Of a stretch of 64,000 nt of DNA, positions 27,590 to 38,307 are shown one piece after another. How positions within the stretch are numbered: position 1 is the first letter of the stretch; every line of letters starts with the position of its first letter. Below the pieces are notes generated by a model, which saw only the letters and a list, made by a program, of their open reading frames with translations, was not told where the DNA came from and ran no database searches. The DNA comes from Isurus oxyrinchus (taxonomy: Eukaryota): the NCBI GenBank assembly GCA_026770705.1, contig JANJGN010000026.1, positions 5,890,001 through 5,954,000 of the forward strand, read 5' to 3'. The translations under genes were made by a program, and so were the position numbers.

Positions 27590-27961
27590 CTAAACATCCG
27601 CGGGAACCGTCCGTCTTTGTCCTCCTGCCCCCTACGGGGGAAGTCTCCGCTCAGAGATTCATCTCCCTCAGCTACTTAGTGAAAGGCTTCTCCCCCCGAG
27701 AGATCTTCGTCAAGTGGATCGTCAATGACAAGCCGGTGAATCCCGCGAACTACAGGAACACCGAGGTGATGGCAGAGAACGGCAATAACTCCTTCATGTA
27801 CAGCGGAGGAGTAGGCCAACTGTGCTTTTTTCTCCTGTGTGGTGGGACATGAAGCGATTCCCCTGAAGATCATCAACAGAACGGTTGATAAATCCACCGG
27901 TTGACCGAGTGTTGTGAACATTTCCCTTGCACTAAGGGACACCGTAAATTCATGTCAATAA
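27590..27961 (+). pseudogene. IGHM: IgM heavy chain CH4 exon with secretory tailpiece (disabled)
   Basis: [11 protein letters not shown]...[44 protein letters not shown]...[41 protein letters not shown]. Lesions: acceptor reads TG instead of AG (27588-27589), first Cys changed to Tyr, frameshifting deletion at about 27804, TAG 27812-27814, TGA 27902-27904. The tailpiece keeps NIS and the penultimate Cys. Confidence 0.93.
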
Positions 27962-27997
27962 GAATCTATCGCGTACATTTCGTACTTTAGCGGAAAT

Positions 27998-28003
27998 AAT
28001 AAA
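27998..28003 (+). terminator. polyadenylation signal, secretory IgM form
   Basis: AATAAA 36 nt after the tailpiece stop codon. Confidence 0.6.
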
Positions 28004-28490
28004 GTATTTTCCTCCAATTCTGAAGTAAATATACAACCACTTAATTAATTGTGTTTTCCAGTTTTGCTAATGTTAGACCTGTTTATTTGACGTCGGGAAT
28101 TCACAAGTCTCAGACCAGAGCCTTGTAAAATCAGTGCCCCCAGCTCAGATACTCCCTGGGATTGAGACAGAATAATGCTCATTCATTACAGAATTCTGCA
28201 AAGTTAGTGCACTAATTTGCCCCTCGCTGAGTGAATTCTGACCATTTCCCATTTCCCACAAGCACACACAGCAGCAGCATTTAGATCACGTCGTTCATGT
28301 TTCACTTAAGGTCCATCCATTCAAAATTGTACCTGTTGGAGTTGCCGCATCGCACCCAATGGGAACAGATGTGAGGGTCACACGGGGAAGCGAATTGTAT
28401 CTCCACTTAGCCAGCATAGAGAGCGGGGACGGCATTAGTTAACGTAATGTACCTGCACCGCCCCCACACCCGCCCCCCCCCGCCCCCCCC

Positions 28491-28523
<33 letters not shown>

Positions 28524-28974
28524 AACAGAAACAACCAGGAAGGAAATTGTTTAGCCAACGAGAGGGAGTGGAGAGCGGAACATTAACTCACTAAACTCCT
28601 AGTCCCATTTAGAACTAACGGCTGTCTATGATATGGTTTCAGTACATGGCGGCTTTTAGCTTGCTGCGCTCAGATTGTAAACTTCAATCGTGGCAATCAT
28701 AATGCAGCATGATATCTATAAAATGATTTTCAATCTCTTGTTCTTGTAAATCAGAAGCTGCCAACTGCTCTCATAATCCAAAACTGAACTGTTGATTCCA
28801 TCCTCCCGTTTTTCCGGTTCTGTTTCTGGAGTTCTTCTGTTTAATTGTTGCATTCTTTCGCTTGATGATACATTGAAACCCACAGAAAACACATTCATTC
28901 ACAAAATGGCAAATAGTGTTCTCCATCGATAATACCTTCACGGTCACGCCCAGTTATTCATGTTCAGTGATCCG

Positions 28975-30114
28975 TGGAACAACAATTAAAGAACACACAC
29001 ACTGACACAAGCTCATAAACACACACACAGACAAAGATACACACACACACCCTGGCAAAAGATCACAAACATACACACACACACGCACACACAGACTCAC
29101 ACATACACAGAAATGCAGACTCACACACACACAAACACCCAAACACACGCACATACAAACATCCACACACATGCACACATACACACACACACCCGCAGAC
29201 AGACACACTCGCACACTTACAAAGACACACTCACCCAAACCCTGGCACGAGATCATGCACTCACACACATATACACTTGCACATGCACAGACTCACACAA
29301 CAAATATACACACGCATTATGACACAAGATGTCTCTCTCTGAGACAAACACACACAGATACACATGCATGCACGCACTCATGCACACATGCAAACAAACA
29401 CAAGCACACATACAGCCATATACTGACACAAGTTCCTAAGCACACTCAAATGCAAAGAAGCACACACACATTCTGACACAATTTCATTCTCCCACACACA
29501 CATATTCGTACACACACAGGCACAAACACAAACACGTACCTGCACAGCCACTGAAACAAAATTGCATGCACACACATACACAAGGGCAGACACACATACA
29601 CACACAATGGATCATGCACAGATATCTGAACACATAAACACAGACGAACATACACACAGACTGACAAAAGCNNNNNNNNNNNNNNNNNNNNNNNNNNNNN
29701 NNNNNNNNNNNNNNNNNNNNNNNNNNNNNNNNNNNNNNNNNNNNNNNNNNNNNNNNNNNNNNNNNNNNNNNNNNNNNNNNNNNNNNNNNNNNNNNNNNNN
29801 NNATGCCCGAACACATAAACACAGTTTGACATACAAACGGGCAGACAAAAACACAAAGGCAGACACAGAGGCACACACACACACAAACAGACATAAACAA
29901 GTACACACATACACACACATACAAAGATAGACACAAACGCACACAGACATTGGCACAAGCATGCGCACACAAACTCATGCATAAATGAGCACACATACCG
30001 GCATACAGACATGCACACATTCGGGCACACATGCAGGCTGACAGATAGACAGAAAGACAAACACACACACATACATAGAGACAAAGACACACACACACAC
30101 ATCCTGACACGAGA

Positions 30115-30156
<42 letters not shown>

Positions 30157-31560
30157 ATGCACACAAACACACAGATGCATACACACAGATACAAAAATAG
30201 TCACATGATCAAAATAGACAAACACAAGTGCAAACACCCACCTCCACATACTGATAACTACACACACAGAACCACACACAGGCAGAAGATCACATATACA
30301 CACACACTGACACAGACACAAACATATACAGGTACGCCAAACACACACACATGCATGCGCTTAGACACACATTCACCGCACACACACACACATACACACT
30401 CATACACAGGTTCATACACATGCATGGAAAAAGTGACACCCATGCAAAAACATGCACAAGCATACATAAACAAATAGACACACACACACACAATTGCACA
30501 CGCATTCACCTACATACACAAGCACAAGCACAAACATACATACACAAAGAAAGATACACACAGACGAGTATTGACGGAGCCATTTGCATAAGCGTACACA
30601 GATGCACATGCAAACACTCACACACACTGATAAATATACACAGGCAAACACACACAAACAAACCCACACAGACACGCAGACACACACTCACAAGAGCACA
30701 TGTATACAGAAAAAAAAACATGCACACTCACAGTATCACACAACAAGCACGCACATATGTAAACACGCGCACAAATATACACACACTCTCAACAAACAGG
30801 CACACACACTCATACACACACTAACACGCACACACAAACACAGGAACACACAAACACACACACACTTGGACACACACAGGCGCATGCCATTGTACCCGCA
30901 TGGGCACACACAAACACACAAGCACACACACCTAAGTATGCATACTCTCTCAAACACATGCACTCAGAGTCACACACATTCAAACATGTGTGTGCACACA
31001 CACAAAAATACACATGCATTAATACACACAACAGACACAAATGCAGATATGCACAACCCCATGAGCATACTCATACAGGACATGTAAGCATATACATGAA
31101 CATATTCATTTCTATGCTTCAACAAACACAACAATATAGGTCTAAAGGACATGTAAGCATATACATGAACATATTCATTTCTATGCTTCAACAAACACAA
31201 CAATATAGGTCTAAAGGCACACTATCATGCACAAATACAAATATATTCTGCACACACATTAACAAATTGACACACAGGCACACATACACATCGATGAACA
31301 GGCAGTTGCTTTTTCACAAACAGAACGATAAACAAATATGAAATATTCACACAATCACAATGATATAAAAACACACATAAACACACGTTTTAGTAGACAT
31401 GGACAAATAAACAGAGATGAAGACATAGTTATAAACATCCATCAACACGTAAAGGCACGCTTTAAAATACTCACACGTGCATGGGGGCAACATCTTTTAC
31501 AGAGTAAACATAGAACATAAAACGTCATAATATCAGATACATGAAAAGGCATGGACGTAC
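28975..31560. repeat. long degenerate (CA)n-rich tract in the CH4-TM intron (resumes 32900-33150)
   Basis: Direct observation. It is the source of the many HT- and CV-rich pseudo-ORFs. Confidence 0.95.
29672..29802. other. assembly gap
   Basis: Run of N. Confidence 0.99.
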
Positions 31561-32900
31561 ACAAAAGCAAACATAGCTCGAAAAACTCCACAGGTCTAAC
31601 AGCATCTGTAGAGAGGAATACGGTTAACGTTTCGAATCCAAATGAGTCTTCATCTGAACTAAGGAAAAATAGAAATGTGGTGAAATATAAACTGGTTTAG
31701 GGGGGTAGGACAGGTAGATCTCGATAGAGGGCCAGTGACAGTTGGAGGCAAAGAAGATATTTCCAAAGGTATCATAGACAAATTGACAAAGGCGTTTTGA
31801 CGGTGGTGATATCAGCTAAAGAATGTGCTAATGGGGACATTAATGGTAGAAAGCATGACGAGCAAGCGACAGATAGCCCTCGTGGGGGTGTGGTCGTGGG
31901 AAGAGATCGAAAGAGATTAAAAGGTGGAGATAAAACAATGGGTGGAAATAAATTTAAAAATATTAGGAATTTGTGGGAAAAGAAAAATGTATTCAAAAAT
32001 GATATCTTTAAAAATTATAAATTATTGCAAATATTCAACAATATGCAGACTGGGTGACTGCTTTGTGCAACACCTTCGGTCTGTCTGCAAGCATTAACCA
32101 GACGTCCCTGTCACTTGCCATTTCAATACTCCACCCTGCTCTCATGCCCACATGTCCGTCCTTGGCTTGCTGCAATGTTCCAGTGAAGCTCAACCCCAAC
32201 TGGAGGAACAGCACCTCATCTTCCAACTCGGCACTTTACAGACTTCCGGCCTTAACGTTTAGCTCAACAACTTTAGATCATGAACTCTCTCTTCCATCAA
32301 TATCCATTTCTGGATCCCCCTTTTCCAAAAATTTATAATTTCTACGATGCATTTTTTGAATATATTTTCCTTTTCCCACCTATTTCTATTATTGTAAAAT
32401 TTATTTCCATTCATTTTTTACCTCCACCTTTTAACCTATTTCGATCCCTTCCCCCACCTCACACCCACCCCTCATTTGCTCGTCCTGCTTTCTACTCTTA
32501 TTGTCACCATTAGCGCATTCATTTGCTAATATCACCACCGTCAACACACCTTTGCCCTTTTGTCTATGACATCTTTGGCAATTTCTTCTTTGCTTCCACC
32601 TATCACTAGCCCTCTAACCAGATCTACCTGTCCCACTTACCCACCCACCACCTCCTCCACCACCCCCGCTGCCAACACCACCACCGCCCCCCACCACTCA
32701 ACCCCCACACCCTCCCCGCTCCCCCAAACAAGCTTATATTTCACCTCATTTCTATTTTTCCTTAATTCTGTTGAAGAGTCATCCTGACTCGAACCATTAA
32801 CTGTATTTCTCTCCAAAGATGATGTCAGACTTGCGCAGTTTTTCCAGCTACTTTTGTTTTTGTTTCAGATTTCCAACATCCACAGTATTTTGCTTTTATG
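31560..32900 (+). mobile_element. Penelope-like element, 3' part with an inverted upstream pseudo-LTR
   Basis: 32040-32283 encodes a GIY-YIG C-terminus (RLGDCFVQHLRSVCKH...VTCHFNT...LEEQHLIFQLGTLQTSGLNV). 31560-32030 is an inverted copy of about 32330-32880. Confidence 0.85.
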
Positions 32901-33745
32901 GACATAAACAAACTCTTTAGCACAGACAATAATAAGTGAACATAAACATCAACGCAGAAACAGGGACATTAAAACATTCATACACACACATTTACAAATG
33001 AAAAAAAAATACACACACAGGCGCGCCACACATGAATAAGCATATCATGTTCATGCCATATGAACACACACATCAACACTCATACAACACGGCACATAAA
33101 CACAGTTACATGCAGAGCAAGAGACACTCGTGCACACATGCGCAAATATTTTTTAAAAAGGTAAATGTCAGGCTATAGACAGACGTGTATTTCAAATGTA
33201 CTTTTTCAGCGGACACAACTTCCAAAAATTGCTGGGAGCACATAAAGACCAAGAAAAGACACTGAGGCGATGTTCTTAATTATAAGCTAATTTAAGTTAA
33301 TTATATGCCAAACATTACTACCACAAATAAACAAACAAGATGAAAATTCACAAAGAGTTCAGAGTCTGAGAATTAGTAGCTATCAGTACCAATCATTAAA
33401 ATAATTGTTATCAATTATTAAACCTCTTGCAATTTACATCATAATACAATCCAATGATGGGCCGCACGTAATTGATCCAAAATGAACTGTCACCGAAGAG
33501 GGAAAAAAAACACATTTTCCAAAATGTGCAGGATGGGGAATGTAAAGTGAGAACAGCTGTGGAGTTAGTGACAGGCAGATATTCCTGAGAGTCACCAATT
33601 TATTAGCAGAAATGCAGTGAAAATTTAATGAGAAAACAAATCAATAGCTTGGGAAAGATACAATAGAATTAATACATATTTTGAAAAGTAAGATGCCCTC
33701 GATTTCTAACAATGTAATTAAATTTCCTCGGTTATATCCCTGTAT

Positions 33746-33870
33746 ATTGCACAGACCGCATCTGGATTGAAGGCTATGAGGACGATAATGGGAACATCTG
33801 GACAACCGCTTCCACATTCATCGTTCTGTTCTGCCTGAGCATTTTCTACAGCACTACCGTCACTCTGGAA
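33746..33870 (+). pseudogene. IGHM: IgM transmembrane exon TM1 (copy 1)
   Basis: [41 protein letters not shown]|gtgaga contains the Ig TM (CART-type) motif. The homologous acceptor reads AT instead of AG; an in-phase AG lies at 33753-33754. Confidence 0.92.
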
Positions 33871-34008
33871 GTGAGAAGATTCCATCTACTGACTACAATC
33901 CGACAGAAGCAGTTTGAAAACTTCCTTAATGTTTGAACGATTCAGATCTATAATATAAATGTACCAGATCATAAACATCTGCTTCACTATTTTATCTCTC
34001 GTTTACAG

Positions 34009-34017
34009 ATCAAGTGA
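34009..34017 (+). pseudogene. IGHM: IgM TM2 exon coding part (IK*), copy 1
   Basis: gtttacag|ATC AAG TGA, 138 nt after TM1. AATAAA at 34422 and 34458. Confidence 0.8.
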
Positions 34018-35383
34018 TCGGCTGAATTTCGGACCCGGTAGCCTTTCCCCAGCCGGTTATTAAGATCCTTGAATTCCAATTTAAAATATGTTCTCTTGGT
34101 CACTGAAAAAGTGAAATGTTCTCAGTTTGTGATTCCCTATCTGTAACAGAACCTGTAACGGAATTTCCATTTTTGTGTTTGAAATGTGCGAGATGTTAAT
34201 GGTTGTAATGAAATTAGAGCATCCATAGACTTAGAGTTCCATTTGTAATTAATTAACTTTTCTCGTCCCTTGTTCACAATTGCCCCCTTCCCTTTCCGTT
34301 GAGCCGCTGTTTTCTCTTTCTGATCTATGTTCCAGTGGTACAGGCAGTTTACACACTCAGAACGCATGCGTTCTGTTCTCAACGGGACCTCAGGCATTAT
34401 ATTCACTTCTGTTAACTTTAAAATAAACTTTCCTCTATAATATTCTCTGAAATTGCTAATAAATGTGGAATGAAATGTGAAGTAACTATGGCTTTGCTGA
34501 ATTCCTTTTTCCGAGGTCCATTGACACTGTTCGATTATCCCTATTACACATTTCTCCCTGTTTTACCAGTCCTGTCTAGGATCTATTTGCCCAGAAGGCC
34601 CCACTGGGCCACCCATCGCCCCGTCCATGCAAAGGGACCTTTATCTCTGCCTGTTTCTGGCAATTGCCTGAGGCAGAACGATTGAACAGGGAGGGCCACC
34701 TCGGTGATTTGACTCATACTCTGGGAGGACACAGTCACATGTCAGGTAATTTTAAACAGTAGCGTTCGGCTTCTTCGGAGGCTGACGCACGACAGGTTGT
34801 TGGAGCAGAAAACTTCATTTATACTGCCCCATTCAACACTCCCATGGTTGGTACAGCCAGGGTCATAACAGGGTAAAAATCCCTCTGCATTGTCCGATTA
34901 AACACTTTGAAGGCAGGGTGCCACTGGCTAGATATATATACACAGGCATAACAGGGAGCACTAACCAATGGGCCATTCCACAGAATGGACAGTGTCTGGC
35001 ACTGATATATGATAGAGTGAAAATCCTGTAAATTATTACAGATCTTTAGGTCTATTGGACATACCAGGGGGACAAAATCGCGAAAATGCCCAAACACAGG
35101 TTTGCACATGATGCAGTAAGTAACCACAAACATGAGGCTTGTTCCTTGATCCTGGGGCCTATCAGATACTGAGACACTGGCTTAGAATTATCATTTAAAT
35201 ACACAAACAGACATTATTCGCTCCCCAACCAAACGAACACCTTTCTGTTAAGCATATACACAGTCAACATTCCGGTAGACACACACTGACTCTCAACTTC
35301 CACCTTTTCTTTAAAAACCATTAGCACTGTCATTCTCCATTTTGCTTCGATAATGAACTGTCTCCACCTGATCAGCTCATTTC

Positions 35384-35622
35384 CTCTGATACCATCTCAC
35401 TGAACTCACTGAACATCATCCAGAGATCCTTTCTCCCTGCTCCATCCCCTCTGATAACTTGTTCGTGAGCTCACTGAACATTACCCGAGGGATCCTCTTT
35501 CCTTGCTCCATTCCCTCTGGTACTATCTCGCTGTTCTCACTGAACATCACCCTGGGGATCTTCTCTGCCTGCTCCATTCCTTCTGATACCATCTCACTGA
35601 ACTAACTGAACATCACCCCAGG
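35384..35622. repeat. ~66-bp minisatellite, about 3.6 copies
   Basis: CTCTGATACCATCTCACTGAACTCACTGAACATCAC... units start at about 35384, 35449, 35515 and 35580. Confidence 0.85.
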
Positions 35623-35627
35623 GTTAC

Positions 35628-35845
35628 TTAAACACAAAAAATGCTACAAAAAACTCAGCAGGCGCGACAGCACCTGTGCAATGACGAATAGAGTTGACGT
35701 TTCGAGGCCGTCTGATGAAAGTTTATAATGGCTCGAAATGTCAACTTTGTTTCTGTCTCCACAGATGATGTTAGACATGCTGAGTTTTTGCAGCGCTTTC
35801 TGTGTTTCTCTCAGATTTCCAGCATCCGCAGTTTTATTCTTTTAT
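35628..35845. mobile_element. Penelope-derived palindromic element with a hammerhead-like motif
   Basis: Same arms as the 14160 element; ctgatga...gctcgaaatgtc at 35712-35742. Confidence 0.72.
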
Positions 35846-36147
35846 CGTTTCGTTCCATCTGCTTCATTGTTTTTTCAGATGTTCCTTCAAAGCCTCCCGA
35901 TCACGGGAATATCAGCAGAAGTTTCTCTCCACAACCTACTATCTTCCAACATTGTCTCTAAAATCCCAGATTTCACGGGCGAGGTTGCTTGTTGTTGAAT
36001 GTAGGAAGGGTGAGGCAGTGAAAAATTACTGACGCGTCTTAAAGACTCGGAATGCTGTTTGTGAATCGGTGAAGTTAATGCTGAAACACTTTATCTCTCC
36101 CAATCTGTTTCCCATCCTCTCTCACACCACCATTCAGGACATTTGAA

Positions 36148-36390
36148 ACAACAACGTAAAATGCTATGAAAGCTCAGCAGGTCTGACAGCATCCATTAAG
36201 AAAAAGACAGAGTTAATGTTTTGAGTCCGTATGACTCTTCTTCAGAGTCTTTTTCTTCTCTGAAGCAAAGACATACGGATTCGAAACGTTAATTTCCTTT
36301 CTGTCCACGGATGCTGTTGGAACTGCTGAGTTTTTCCAGCATTTTCTGCTTGTGCTCCAGATTTACAGCATCCACAGTATTTTGCTTTTA
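36148..36390. mobile_element. Penelope-derived palindromic element with two opposed hammerhead-like motifs
   Basis: Minus-strand ctgaagaagagtcatacggactcaaaacatt (about 36213-36245) and plus-strand ctgaagcaaagacatacggattcgaaacgtt (36260-36290). Confidence 0.75.
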
Positions 36391-36879
36391 CCGTTCAGGA
36401 TATCCCTCCACTGTTAGCAGTATTTATTTTTAGCCACCACCGTTGCGCTCCCCAGTTTCCCTGTCCTTTCCTAGGCTCGGAAAGACTCAATGGACGCACG
36501 GTCCCTTTAAGATGCCAAGAACTCATTCCCTGGGGGGCACAGTCCTGAGTCAACAGTCACAGGCGGAACAAACCTCCCTGCTGAGCGGAGGCTGTGGATG
36601 ACCCGTGATCACTTGATTGTGGGAAATTACGAATCACGGTCGATATATGTTATGGTCCCATGAGTGTTGAAATTGAATGGCTATTTTAATGAGAAGGGAA
36701 GTAATTTTTTCTTTCAATCGAAACACTCTTTTCAATAAACAGCAGGCACGAGCAGGGTATGACTTCACGATAACATGGCCTTCGCCGATTGGTCATGTAG
36801 CGAATGACGTCACAGTTCTTCGAACACGTCGCTGCACCGTGATTAGTTTTTTTTCATTAAAGTCGACTGTGCACTAGTT

Positions 36880-37440
36880 CATTATTCTTACTCTGGATTT
36901 TACTATATCCTTTTCGACCTTCACCCTAAACCTTATGAGACAATGATCGCTAACACTTTTATGTTTCCCAGTGACACTCGATCTACCTGTCCAACCTCAT
37001 TTTCAAGAGCCAAGTCTAGCAGTGCGTCCTTCCTTATTGTACCAGACACATACAGCGGTAGAAAATTCTCCTGAACACAATCTAGGAGCTCTTGCCCTTC
37101 TCTGCCCTTTACACTGCGACTATCCCAGTCTATATTCGGGTAATGAAAGTCCCCCATTATTACTATTCTTTCATGTTTGCACCTCTGTGATCACCCTGCA
37201 GAGTTGTTCCATTACAACCTTCCCACTGGCAGGTGGACGACAGATAACACCGAGCACTTAAAGGCACTTTTTTTCGCCAAAATGATTCTGTCCTTCAACC
37301 TTCTGGGACATCCTCTTTCTGCAGCATTGCAATGCTCTCCTTAACCAATACCGTCACCCCCGTTCTTTTCTTCATGCAAAATCTTTCCTGCACACCTTGC
37401 ACACAGGAATTTTTAGCATCCAGTCCTGCACTTCCTTGAT
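36880..37440 (-). mobile_element. CR1 LINE APE endonuclease fragment
   Basis: ORF MGDFHYPNIDWD...ELLDCVQENFLPLYVSGTIRKDALLDLAL. Confidence 0.85.
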
Positions 37441-38193
37441 CCTGTTGAAATCGGAAGGCTATGAAACAGAAAGCCAGAGGCAGCATGGCCGAATTTATGA
37501 GAGATTTGCAGTAAGGTGATGCAGTGCATACTTTCCAAGGCAGTAAGTGCACAATTATCTTGAGGCTGCTTTAAAAACTCACATTGCAACTTATAACATT
37601 AGACAAGCATATTAATATCGATAATCACATGACAATCCTGCAGCCTGTATGCATATTTCTTGTCCTGTTTGAAAATTCTTGACTCGGGGCATTTTCTACC
37701 ACAGCTTGTGCATCATTTTGTGTTTAAAGGGTTTTTCATGTATATGAAAGTGTTAGAAAAAATTGAAAAGTTTTAAAGTCCGTCGAAGTGTTTTAAATCA
37801 TAACAAAACACTCATCTGCCTTCGGCCTGAAAAGGGACCCCATGCAGCTTGTATCCGGCGTGTGACGTCAGGAGGGGCGCACCGTCGCCAGAAGCCTATG
37901 CTACTTTTCACAGATCATTTTGTCCATGGGCAAAGCATCAGCCAAAGGATTAAATTCTGGCGACAGCCACTGAACCAGTCAAATTGGGATTCCTCAGAAC
38001 GATCAGGGCCAAATGCCTCTCATTCACCCCTGACCACAAAATCCAGGTCGGTATCTTTTTATGAGAAAATAAATTGTGATCATGCTGCAATCTCTGAGCG
38101 TCAACTCCATTGAAAAAAAAAACTTTTTATTCCCCCAAAACATAAACGTCAGTCCTGAAGCAGCTCGGCTAAACTGTTTTTATTTTAAATTAA

Positions 38194-38257
38194 TGTAATT
38201 AATGCAAAGGATCAAACCACCTAACTAACTCCCTGGAGCTTCACAGCAGTTATAAAT
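38194..38257 (+). promoter_or_regulatory. proximal promoter module of the GPCR pseudogene: homeodomain site + O/E(EBF)-like site + TATA
   Basis: TGTAATTAATG 38194-38204, CTCCCTGGAG 38229-38238, TATAAAT 38251-38257, ATG at 38308. Confidence 0.6.
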
Positions 38258-38307
38258 GTGACAATCTTTCAGTGATGTGCAGAAGGCATTCAGAACATTT
38301 GTTAAAA

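Noticed and set aside
28954-31341. Many His/Thr- and Cys/Val-rich ORFs (also 10730-11029 and 16501-16860)
   Set aside because: They are translations of (CA)n, (TG)n or (CT)n repeats.
36788-36812. CCAAT box (reverse) plus CRE TGACGTCA as a promoter
   Set aside because: No associated exon was found, and such motifs also occur inside transposon relics.
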